Below are positions 9,341 to 17,506 of a stretch of 32,000 bases of DNA, in pieces. This DNA comes from Opitutales bacterium (lineage in GTDB: Bacteria > Verrucomicrobiota > Verrucomicrobiia > Opitutales > PNEW01): contig CBDCNV010000002.1 of NCBI GenBank assembly GCA_965219535.1, positions 330,001 through 362,000 on the forward strand, given 5' to 3'. The stretch's first letter is position 1, and each line of letters opens with the position of its first letter. The notes beneath the pieces were generated by a model. It was given only the letters and a program-made list of their open reading frames with translations. It had not been told where the DNA came from and did no database searches. The position numbers and the translations under genes were made by a program.

Positions 9341-9446
9341 GAAAATAAATAATTGAATTTTTTTAACCCAACTTATTCAGACTTTGCCACCGTCAATATC
9401 TTAACCAAAATCAAGGTGAGCAAAGGCAACATTTTAGAACCATAAA

Positions 9447-9719
9447 TTGATGGCAGATGAACTGACTGAAAAGGATATCGGGCAAATTAGTGACGCGCTG
9501 CTTGCGGGCCGAAAAATTGATGCGATAAAAATATACCGTGAAGCTACGGGGAGTGGCCTCATGGAGGCGAAAGAATTTATTGAAAAATTAGAGGATGATC
9601 TGCGGGAGGAATATCCCGATAAATTTCCTGAACGGGGGAAAGGGTGCGCGGCGGTCTTTTTGATCGGGCTGGTCCTAGCCACAACTGGAGTCCTGTTCTT
9701 ATTCAAGCTAAATTCATGA
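9447..9719 (+). CDS. Small membrane-anchored protein with a ribosomal L7/L12 C-terminal-domain-like motif
   Basis: KIDAIKIYREATGSGLMEAKEFIEKL matches the L7/L12 CTD core (K.A.IK..R..TGLGLKEAK.LVE). The C-terminus AAVFLIGLVLATTGVLFLF is a predicted TM helix. The stop overlaps the next gene's start (ATGA). Confidence 0.55.
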   Translation: MMADELTEKDIGQISDALLAGRKIDAIKIYREATGSGLMEAKEFIEKLEDDLREEYPDKFPERGKGCAAVFLIGLVLATTGVLFLFKLNS

Positions 9720-10768
9720 TGAAAAAATATAATCAATTAAATATACTCACGCTTATAAATCACATTGTGAGATGTGGAGTTATTACCCTCTTGATTGTCC
9801 ACGGGGTAATGGCTGAGCCATCCAGCTATCCGGTGATCGGCGAAGTCGTTCGGCTCGATCCGGGACTAGATAAAATAATTTCGCACGACGCGAAAATCGA
9901 AATAATCGGCTCCGGGTTCGAGTGGACCGAAGGGACGGTGTGGGTGCGTGATAATAATGACGGCTATCTGCTATTTTCTGATATACCCCGAAACGCGGTC
10001 TACAAGTGGGTTGATGGCGAGGGGATCAGTCTTTTTTTAAAACCATCGGGTTATACCGGCGTATCCGATTATGGCGGAGAACCGGGATCAAACGGGCTTC
10101 TTCTTGATGCGCAGGGCAGGCTGGTTTTTTTTGAACATGGCGATCGCCGCGTCTCGCGAATGGAGATAGACGGAGGGAAGAAAACCCTCGCCGACAGTTA
10201 TCAGCGCAAGCGGTTTAACAGCCCTAACGATGGCGTCTTCATGTCTAATGGAGATCTCTACTTTACTGATCCCCCTTACGGGTTGCCCCAAAGGTTTGAT
10301 GATCCACGACGCGAACTCGAATTTTGTGGCGTCTACCGTTTGTCAACGGACGGAACAATCACCCTCCTCACAGAGGCGATGACTCGCCCTAACGGGATCG
10401 GTCTTTCGCCCGATGAGAAGACTCTCTATGTAGCCCAGTCCGATTCGGACGCGGCGCTCTGGATGAAATTCCCGATTAAAAAAAATGGAACACTTGGGAA
10501 AGGAGAAGTATTCTTTGATGCCACGGCGTCAGTCGGTGTATTGCCGGGTCACCCCGATGGTATGGCTATTGATCGTGACGGTAATATTTTCGCCACCGGT
10601 CCAGGAGGCGTTTATGTTTTCACCCCGGATGGGGTGCTGTTTGGGCGTCTCTCGACCGGCGAAAGAACGGCCAACTGTACGTTTGGCTTTGATGGATCGG
10701 TTCTTTTCATCGCCTCCGACATGTATCTCTGCCGTATTCAGACAATGACGAAAGGGCTCGGTTGGTAA
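9716..10768 (+). CDS. SMP-30/gluconolactonase/LRE family protein, secreted
   Basis: EGTVW, LLFSDIP, RFNSPNDG, LYFTDPPYG, RPNGIGLSPDEKTLYVA, PDGMAIDRDGNIF and NCTFG are beta-propeller lactonase blocks. The start was moved to MMKKYNQLNIL... (9716), which gives a signal-peptide-like N-terminus (..LLIVHGVMA). Confidence 0.85.
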   Translation: MMKKYNQLNILTLINHIVRCGVITLLIVHGVMAEPSSYPVIGEVVRLDPGLDKIISHDAKIEIIGSGFEWTEGTVWVRDNNDGYLLFSDIPRNAVYKWVDGEGISLFLKPSGYTGVSDYGGEPGSNGLLLDAQGRLVFFEHGDRRVSRMEIDGGKKTLADSYQRKRFNSPNDGVFMSNGDLYFTDPPYGLPQRFDDPRRELEFCGVYRLSTDGTITLLTEAMTRPNGIGLSPDEKTLYVAQSDSDAALWMKFPIKKNGTLGKGEVFFDATASVGVLPGHPDGMAIDRDGNIFATGPGGVYVFTPDGVLFGRLSTGERTANCTFGFDGSVLFIASDMYLCRIQTMTKGLGW

Positions 10769-10801
10769 GGCCCGGTAATCGTTTTTCAAACTGTATTACC
10801 C

Positions 10802-11188
10802 TCAGGCACCTGATTCTAAACGTCGATCCCAGTCATATTCTCTTGCGGTGATAATAGTTTCCATGCGACGGATACGATTTTCCAGGGAATCAAATTTCCT
10901 TTTCAAGCGCGACACACTCATATTGCGAGCGGTAATATATGAATTGTAAAACTCCTTCTCTTCATCTGATTGAAAATTCACCATCGGTTCAGGAGATATC
11001 AAAATAGCGGCCAGGAGATAAATAAGGACGATTGGAAAAAATCCACTCAAGATAAAAAATACAATAAAAATTATACGAATTACGGTGACAGAAATTTCCG
11101 TGTAGTCGGCTAACCCCCGGCAGACACCGAATATCCAACCATGGCGGGAGCGATAAAGATAACGATCTCTAAATAATAGTTTATTCAT
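10802..11188 (-). CDS. pspC: Phage shock protein C (PspC domain envelope-stress membrane protein)
   Basis: LYRSRHGWIFGVCRGLADY is the PspC domain. It is followed by a TM segment and a C-terminal coiled region. The gene overlaps pspB by 8 nt. Confidence 0.8.
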   Translation of the reverse strand: MNKLLFRDRYLYRSRHGWIFGVCRGLADYTEISVTVIRIIFIVFFILSGFFPIVLIYLLAAILISPEPMVNFQSDEEKEFYNSYITARNMSVSRLKRKFDSLENRIRRMETIITAREYDWDRRLESGA

Positions 11189-11438
11189 TTTTAGGATTAG
11201 ACGGTTTTTGTTTTTCTTCTTGTTCTAATAAAATGGTTTCCAAGGCGTCGATTCGCTCCTCCATTTTATTTAACCCGCGATATATTTCCTGGATAATTTT
11301 TGTTTCATCCGCATCCATTTTTTTGGTTCTTCGCGGCGACCCTTCAACATTCATCTTTACGATCCAAGTAAAGCAGATTACCGGCAGCCCAACGACGATA
11401 AAGAGGATCAATAAAATAAATATAAAAATAGAGTCCAT
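11181..11438 (-). CDS. pspB: Phage shock protein B
   Basis: 85 aa with an N-terminal TM helix, then ..DETKIIQEIYRGLNKMEERIDALETILL, resembling the PspB C-terminal helix. It sits between pspA and pspC. Confidence 0.75.
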   Translation of the reverse strand: MDSIFIFILLILFIVVGLPVICFTWIVKMNVEGSPRRTKKMDADETKIIQEIYRGLNKMEERIDALETILLEQEEKQKPSNPKNE

Positions 11439-11539
11439 GAAGGGGAATAAGTTAATTTAATGCGCTGGTTCTATATCCTCAATAAAGATTAGTTCTAATT
11501 TAAAGTAGGTGCACGCGCTTTTTATTCGAAACAGAACTT

Positions 11540-12208
11540 TTAGCCGGATTTCTTGGTGTGCTCCTTTTTCAGTGTTTCGAGCGCTTCCTCAATCTTGTCT
11601 TTATTTTCCAAATTTTCCCATGCATTCTCCTCACTCGGCTTGCGGCCGTAATTGACCAACTCTGCTTCCGCCTCCATTCTTTCAATGCGGTTTTCGAACT
11701 GCTCAAAGCGAACAAAGGCATCTGAACTATCAGCCTTGCGAATTTTTGTTTGTGCCGTTTTGCGCTTTCCCGCCTGCACATGACGTTGAAGGAGTATACG
11801 ATGCTTTTTGCGTGCCGTCTCCAGCTTTTCTTCTAACTGATGAATGTCTTTTTGGTATTGGGTAATAATATTGGCAAATTGATCGACCTCTTTCTCCAGG
11901 CTTTTGCCTTCCTCCTCGAGGGACATGTTTTCCGCCAGTGCTTCACGCGCCAGATCTTCCCTCCCCTTTTCAACGGCGAGTTTAGCTTTTGCGCCCCAGT
12001 TTTCAGCGCGTCGATTAACTTCCTCGTGCGCACGCTTTACCCGTTTATGGCTGGCCATCGCTCCCGCACAGGAAGCCTTGATCTCAACCAGCGTGTCTTC
12101 CATTTCCTGGATCATCAGCTTGATCAGTTTCTCTGGATTTTCAGCCTTCTCCAACATCGCGTTTATGTTGGAGCTGATGATGTCTCTAAATCTTGAAAAT
12201 ATTCCCAT
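11540..12208 (-). CDS. pspA: Phage shock protein A (PspA/IM30 family)
   Basis: MGIFSRFRDIISSNINAMLEKAENPEKLIKLMIQEMEDTL is the canonical PspA N-terminus, and the rest is coiled coil. An AGGAG RBS lies at 12212..12218 on the minus strand. Confidence 0.9.
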   Translation of the reverse strand: MGIFSRFRDIISSNINAMLEKAENPEKLIKLMIQEMEDTLVEIKASCAGAMASHKRVKRAHEEVNRRAENWGAKAKLAVEKGREDLAREALAENMSLEEEGKSLEKEVDQFANIITQYQKDIHQLEEKLETARKKHRILLQRHVQAGKRKTAQTKIRKADSSDAFVRFEQFENRIERMEAEAELVNYGRKPSEENAWENLENKDKIEEALETLKKEHTKKSG

Positions 12209-12245
12209 TTCTCTCCTTTGATTAATTTATGATGCCAGGTTTTAT

Positions 12246-12261
12246 TGCAGACCCTGTGCCA
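12246..12261 (-). promoter_or_regulatory. Sigma-54 (-24/-12) promoter of pspABC
   Basis: The minus strand reads TGGCACAGGGTCTGCA, against the consensus TGGCAC-N5-TTGCW. GG and GC have the correct spacing. The site lies about 38 nt upstream of the pspA ATG and faces the divergent sigma-54 activator gene. Confidence 0.7.
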
Positions 12262-12392
12262 ATTGCTCGCTTCTGTTCGTAAACAGTTCGTGTTCATGAA
12301 GATAATATTTGAACTTGAAACTTATTGTAGGTTGATTATACTATATATAGGTAAATATAGATATATATTAGTATATTTAACCAATAACAAGA

Positions 12393-13412
12393 TTGTCAGA
12401 GCAAAGTAATATCATTGAAGCCTTAGGGGAGTCGGACGCGTTCGTTCAATTCCAGGAGAGACTTTCGCGTGTAGCCGTTGTAGAGCGGCCCCTATTGATA
12501 GTCGGTGAGCGGGGCACGGGAAAGGAATTAGCCGCTTCGCGCTTACACTATTTATCCCGTCGCTGGGAGGGGCCGAAAATCTCTCTTAATTGTGCGGCAC
12601 TAGCGCCATCCTTGCTTGAATCGGAGTTGTTTGGTCATGAAGCCGGCGCCTTTACCGGGGCGACGCAGCGGCGGATAGGGCGGTTTGAAGCGGCGGATAG
12701 AGGGACTCTGTTCCTTGATGAAATTGGTCTACTTCCGATGGAAGTTCAGGAAAAAATTTTACGCGTCGTAGAGTATAAATCATTTGAACGCGTAGGAGGG
12801 TCATCTCCAGTTGAGATCGATGTGCGCATTATCGGTGCGACAAATGTGGATCTGCCGGCACTGGTAAAAGCGGAAAGATTTAAAAGAGACCTGCTCGACC
12901 GTTTGTCATTCGAAGTTCTCTATCTGCCCCCTCTTCGCGAACGTCGTGGGGACATCTCTCTTCTTGCCTATCACTTTTCCACGCGTATGGCGCAAGAATT
13001 GGGGCGAGACGGGGTACCCGAATTCAGTGAAAATGCGCTGACAGAGATGGAGAAATACGCCTGGCCGGGAAACATCAGAGAATTGAAAAATGTTGTCGAG
13101 CGCGCGGTCTACCAAGCCGACGGTAATAGAATTGCTAATATAGATTTCGACCCCTTTGCCCTCCCCTCTTCTTCTCACCCCAGACAAAGAGAAGAGGACC
13201 TGGATGAAGAGCAACCGACGACCCTCGCCGTAAAAAATAAATCGCTCGAAGAAAACATTAGAGAGATAGAATTGAACACGCTGCGGCAAGCCCTTGAGCG
13301 GTCACGCTACCACCAGGGCCGCGCCGCACGATCTTTAGGCATGACCTACCATCAATTCCGCGGGCTCTATCGAAAGTACAAAGTAGCGCTCGAGCCGAGG
13401 CAAAAGGATTAA
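12393..13412 (+). CDS. pspF: PspF-type sigma-54-dependent transcriptional activator (AAA+ domain plus C-terminal HTH, no receiver domain)
   Basis: GERGTGKELAA (Walker A), GAFTGA loop, GTLFLDE (Walker B), and a C-terminal HTH RAARSLGMTYHQFRGLYRKY. The gene is divergent from pspA. TTG start as given in the track. Confidence 0.85.
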   Translation: MSEQSNIIEALGESDAFVQFQERLSRVAVVERPLLIVGERGTGKELAASRLHYLSRRWEGPKISLNCAALAPSLLESELFGHEAGAFTGATQRRIGRFEAADRGTLFLDEIGLLPMEVQEKILRVVEYKSFERVGGSSPVEIDVRIIGATNVDLPALVKAERFKRDLLDRLSFEVLYLPPLRERRGDISLLAYHFSTRMAQELGRDGVPEFSENALTEMEKYAWPGNIRELKNVVERAVYQADGNRIANIDFDPFALPSSSHPRQREEDLDEEQPTTLAVKNKSLEENIREIELNTLRQALERSRYHQGRAARSLGMTYHQFRGLYRKYKVALEPRQKD

Positions 13413-13442
13413 GCAAAAAAAGACTGGGACCTGGCAAAAAAA

Positions 13443-13808
13443 TCAAGGCAGATTAAAACAGCCGTTTGTCAGCGCTTCTTCCGAGTCCTGATAAAAAGGG
13501 AAGAGGGGGAACATTCCGGAGTGTTTAAAAATATTTTTCACTTCATTCGTAACGGCGCTTAAAGCGATTATTCCGCGCTTCTTTCTGATCCGCTTATTCG
13601 ATGAGAGCAGTACGTTCAGTCCGGCACTGCTTATCGTTTCCAGGTTTTGCAAATCGAGGAGAAGGTTGGGGTCACCCGCGTTATATACCTCATTCAATTT
13701 TGCCTCAAATGCTGCTGCGGTACTGGCATCCAGCTTCCCCTTTAACTTGAGAATCTTGATCCCCTCGTGGTAGGCTTCGGCGATTTCTATGGCTATTGAA
13801 TTTTGCAA
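13443..13808 (-). CDS. STAS domain protein (anti-sigma-factor antagonist family)
   Basis: LKLKGKLDASTAAAFEAKL...LLLDLQNLETISSAGLNVLL carries the conserved Ser of SpoIIAA/RsbV-like proteins. No partner kinase or phosphatase is present in the window. TTG start. Confidence 0.7.
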   Translation of the reverse strand: MQNSIAIEIAEAYHEGIKILKLKGKLDASTAAAFEAKLNEVYNAGDPNLLLDLQNLETISSAGLNVLLSSNKRIRKKRGIIALSAVTNEVKNIFKHSGMFPLFPFYQDSEEALTNGCFNLP

Positions 13809-14024
13809 TTTACCGTAATGGTCGATGGGTGTTGAATAAATAGGGACTCACTTTTTATGACCCAATTAAATCTGCCATAGTGAAATCGGCTAGACGACAG
13901 GGAACTTAAAGGAACGGTAAAAATTGAGATTTTTTTTACGCGGAGAGCAGAAGAAGCTAACGGTAAAATTGATTACCGAATGCATCTCAACTCGTGGGAT
14001 AACGGCGGTGGCCGTCTGATAGAA

Positions 14025-14663
14025 CTAAATATCTATAGCGCGAAGTGATTCGAACACAGGAACGCCGCAAGTCTCCAGTTTATCATGGTGCTGATGTCCA
14101 TGACTAATGAGGATACAGTCTATACCACAGGTTGAAGCCACTTCGAAGTCATGGACGGTATCCCCGATAAGTAATATTTCCTGGCGATCATGATCGAGGG
14201 CATTGATACATTGACGACCAAGATCGATTTTGCCTTCGGCGTGGACGTTCTCCAATCCCAGGAGATGATGGAAAAAAGAAGTCAGCTCGTAATACTCAAT
14301 CATCTCCGCCAGGCGTTCATGGTGAGAAGCGGAGAGTATGGATTGAGATCGTCCGGCTTGAGCGTGTGACTCGAGAATCGTCCATGCGTCCTCATGAAGG
14401 AGGCATTCTTCACGCCGCCGATCGTATTCGTTGTTAAACTCGACACTAAGATCTTCAAAGGCTTCAGTAACGAGATCAAATCCCAGCCTCTCATAATACT
14501 CGATGACGGGAAAGTCGAACTGTGCGCGGTATGACTCTCTCGATACTGAGGGCATCTGGCGGCTTTGAAGAATACTGTTAAGCACTTCAACACACAACCA
14601 GGTGTCATTCATCAAAGTACCGTTCCAGTCCCAGATAATGTGATTGTATTTCGTATTGGCCAC
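14025..14663 (-). CDS. HAD-superfamily hydrolase (phosphoglycolate-phosphatase-like, subfamily IA)
   Basis: Motif I IIWDWNGTLMND (the D+2 position is Asn), SASHHE (motif II) and a late IGDTVHD (motif IV). GTG start. Confidence 0.75.
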   Translation of the reverse strand: MANTKYNHIIWDWNGTLMNDTWLCVEVLNSILQSRQMPSVSRESYRAQFDFPVIEYYERLGFDLVTEAFEDLSVEFNNEYDRRREECLLHEDAWTILESHAQAGRSQSILSASHHERLAEMIEYYELTSFFHHLLGLENVHAEGKIDLGRQCINALDHDRQEILLIGDTVHDFEVASTCGIDCILISHGHQHHDKLETCGVPVFESLRAIDI

Positions 14664-14789
14664 GATGATTTATTATTGTAAATAAGAGGATCGATATTGC
14701 CTTTCAACAACAGAGTCTCAACTTAATTAATTATTTCTTTGCCGTGACCTGAGTTTTTTATAAACTTCCTCAGCTTTTAACTTCATAAA

Positions 14790-15575
14790 ATGATCACTGA
14801 AGGACAAGTAGCGCATTTTAATACGTTTGGATTTCTTCTTCTTAAACAGGCTATTTCATCGACTGAGATGCAGGCGATTACCCGTGAATTCGAAGGGTTG
14901 ATCGAGAAAGGGGAAGCGAATCCCGAACAAGCCGAAAGAGGAGTGACAAACGTTACGTCTATTATCGAAAGGAGTCCTCAGCTGACTGAACTTGCGATAG
15001 ACGACCGTATCTACGGGACCATTGAGCAGTTACTCGAACCGGGATTTATCTGGTCGGGGTCCGAGGGTCAGCGAGGGCGCTCCTTTGCGTCGTGGCATGC
15101 GGACCGTCCTGGAAAAGAAGAATTATTTTTTACGCGTATCAAGGTTCATCTCTACCTCGACCCGACAACTAAAGAGACCGGGGCGTTGCGCGTCATACCG
15201 GGATCACAGCGTTCACCTTATCACGACAGTTTACAACCACTCCACCATTACCACGATAAACAGGGCCATGGGAAAACGGCCGACAACCCCCACCCTTTTG
15301 TATTAGAGGGTCCAGAAATTCCAGGCTATGCCATAGAATCTAATCCCGGGGATATCGTTTTTTTTAACCAGAGTGTTATGCATGCTGTCTATGGCCGGTT
15401 GGTAAATCAACGGCGATATATTGCCTTTAAATTCGCAGATAGACCGACAACTGACAGGCATATCGAATCATTAAAAAAATGGTCGGAGTACACATTGCAC
15501 CCTGAGGAAAATTTTCTCAATAGTGCAAACCCTCGCATCCGCAATATGGTAAAAGGCTTGGTTGAGCTCGCATAA
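14790..15575 (+). CDS. Phytanoyl-CoA dioxygenase (PhyH) family Fe(II)/2-oxoglutarate oxygenase, paralog 1
   Basis: WHADRPG (HxD), GALRVIPGS, PGDIVFFNQSVMHAV (distal His) and RRYIAFKF. Confidence 0.75.
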   Translation: MITEGQVAHFNTFGFLLLKQAISSTEMQAITREFEGLIEKGEANPEQAERGVTNVTSIIERSPQLTELAIDDRIYGTIEQLLEPGFIWSGSEGQRGRSFASWHADRPGKEELFFTRIKVHLYLDPTTKETGALRVIPGSQRSPYHDSLQPLHHYHDKQGHGKTADNPHPFVLEGPEIPGYAIESNPGDIVFFNQSVMHAVYGRLVNQRRYIAFKFADRPTTDRHIESLKKWSEYTLHPEENFLNSANPRIRNMVKGLVELA

Positions 15576-15598
15576 TAAGCATGCACTATTTTTAGCTT

Positions 15599-16405
15599 AT
15601 GATCAGTGACGGACAGTGCGCTCATTTTAAAACCTTTGGGTTTTTAATCCTGAAACAGGTATTTTCTCCCGAAGAGATAGAAGCGATAACTCGCGATTTC
15701 GATCTCTTAATAGATTCGGATAAATCGCCGCCGTCCGATGATGAAAAACAGGTGAAGCATGTCGTGCCCTTTATTGAAAAGAATCCTCAATTAATGAAAC
15801 TTGCCGAAGACGATCGCATTTACGGGACGATGGAAAGATTACTCGGCCCTGGATTTATCTGGGGAGGGTCTGAGGGGCAAGATGGTCGCGCCAGTGCTGA
15901 CTGGCATGCGGATCGACCGGGGGTGGACGAACTTTTTTTCACGCGGATCAAAGTTCACCTTTACCTCGATGCGACCACTGAAGCTATCGGTGCATTGCGC
16001 GTTATCCCCGGCTCCCACCGCATGCCATTACATGAGCTCCTTGTGACGCAGCTTTTAAAATATTATTTCAAGCAGAGCGCGACTGAGGATGTGCCGATAG
16101 CGTCTAATGCTTTAGGAGTTACCGGTCCAGAGATGCCGTCTTTCGCACTCGAATCCACCCCTGGAGATATTGTATTATTTAATCAGAGCTTATTTCATGC
16201 GGTCTACGGGGGAACGGGAAAGCAGCGGCGCTATATTGCCCTGAAATTTGCGGAAAATCCGACAACGGAAAAGCACATTGCATCCTTGGAGAAGTGGACC
16301 AAGTACGTATTTCAACCGGAAGAGGTTTTTCTCAATAGTGAACGGCTCCGTATACGCAACATGATCGAAGGGGTGGTTGGCGCACGCGATAAAAACGTGA
16401 ATTAA
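15599..16405 (+). CDS. Phytanoyl-CoA dioxygenase (PhyH) family Fe(II)/2-oxoglutarate oxygenase, paralog 2
   Basis: Collinear with paralog 1 over the whole length: WHADRPG, GALRVIPGSH, PGDIVLFNQSLFHAV and RRYIALKF. It starts 23 nt after the stop of paralog 1. Confidence 0.75.
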   Translation: MISDGQCAHFKTFGFLILKQVFSPEEIEAITRDFDLLIDSDKSPPSDDEKQVKHVVPFIEKNPQLMKLAEDDRIYGTMERLLGPGFIWGGSEGQDGRASADWHADRPGVDELFFTRIKVHLYLDATTEAIGALRVIPGSHRMPLHELLVTQLLKYYFKQSATEDVPIASNALGVTGPEMPSFALESTPGDIVLFNQSLFHAVYGGTGKQRRYIALKFAENPTTEKHIASLEKWTKYVFQPEEVFLNSERLRIRNMIEGVVGARDKNVN

Positions 16406-16417
16406 AAAGGAGACTTT

Positions 16418-17317
16418 TTATTCCGTTTTCGTGCGCGAGGGCTGCACAGCAATAATGACAATCAGTGCGCCAATCACGATCAGCACGCTGGCGATATAAA
16501 AAGCGGGACCCGGAATTTCATCGAGATAGAGATAGCCCAACAACCCACCGAAAATAAACTGGCTGAGAACAATGATCGATACAGTTTGACCGCGGAGATG
16601 TTTGAGTGAGTAGTTAAGAATCGTGTGTCCGATGACCGTTGGTATGAGGACCAGAGCGAGGATCAACGAGAACTCGCGGAGCTTATTATAGCGAAGAGGG
16701 TCCACGTCCATCAACCCGACACTATTGCCGAGGAACAATACGAGCATCGTTGCTATTCCCGCTGTCAGGTAGAGTGGAACAACATAGAGCCAGAGTGAAG
16801 GGATATCGCGGTTTTTGCGTCCCCACACCATATAAAAGGCATATAGAACCAAAGAAACGAGGCATATGGTGTCCCCCAGCGCATGGCGTGCATTAATTCG
16901 ATAATCGGCGACGCCGAGAACCACAAGTCCCGCCAAAGACAAAAGCGTACCATATATCTCCGCCCGGTTGATCAATTCACGGAGCATGGCGTATAACAAA
17001 AAGGGAGTGATTATCGGGAGCATGTTAATGATCAGAGTTGAATTCGCAGCTGGCGTGAGGCGCGCCCCGATGTTCCAAACCGCAAAATGTACTCCCAAAA
17101 AAATACCCGGAGCCAGTGATCGAAAGAAAAGGGACCCTTTATTCTGATTCGGATATTTCCTTATCGCTCTAATAAACAAAGGGAGGAGAATTACACCCGC
17201 GAAGAGGGCGCGATAACCGGCTAGTAATACGGCATCAGTTTGGCTTAATTTGATAAATATCACCGAGGTCGATGTGGCGAAAACGCCGAGAAAAAGAAGC
17301 GAAAGGTGAAGAATCAT
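16418..17317 (-). CDS. EamA/DMT-superfamily transporter (about 10 TM)
   Basis: 299 aa, hydrophobic throughout, with two EamA-like halves. Confidence 0.8.
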   Translation of the reverse strand: MILHLSLLFLGVFATSTSVIFIKLSQTDAVLLAGYRALFAGVILLPLFIRAIRKYPNQNKGSLFFRSLAPGIFLGVHFAVWNIGARLTPAANSTLIINMLPIITPFLLYAMLRELINRAEIYGTLLSLAGLVVLGVADYRINARHALGDTICLVSLVLYAFYMVWGRKNRDIPSLWLYVVPLYLTAGIATMLVLFLGNSVGLMDVDPLRYNKLREFSLILALVLIPTVIGHTILNYSLKHLRGQTVSIIVLSQFIFGGLLGYLYLDEIPGPAFYIASVLIVIGALIVIIAVQPSRTKTE

Positions 17318-17506
17318 GCTATCGGGATAATGACGGATTTACCGTTAAGTTGCGGGTTAAGGATATGAATTTATGGACGTTTAACTTAGATAGAAGAATC
17401 AAAATGAACAACTGAACATTTTTTCACGTTTTTAGCTTGAACCCTTTAGAAAACTTGCGAAATTGGTGATAAAATTAACGTAATTTAATCTTTATTCCAC
17501 GGAATT

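Noticed and set aside
12219-12234. A second TGGCA-containing sequence (minus strand CCTGGCATCATAAATTAAT) between the sigma-54 promoter and pspA.
   Set aside because: It lacks the GC dinucleotide at the -12 position and lies too close to the RBS. The upstream TGGCAC-N5-CTGCA element fits far better.
13413-13442. A-rich spacer between the convergent pspF and STAS genes (GCAAAAAAAGACTGGGACCTGGCAAAAAAA), considered as a bidirectional terminator.
   Set aside because: No stable stem can be drawn between the two A-runs, so it is not supportable as an intrinsic terminator.
17318-17506. Looked for a LexA/SOS box upstream of recA. TGAACAACTGAACA at about 17405-17418 caught the eye.
   Set aside because: It is a direct repeat of GAACA, not a palindrome of the TGTTC-N4-GAACA or CTGT-N8-ACAG types. 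No convincing operator can be called without a genome-wide motif.
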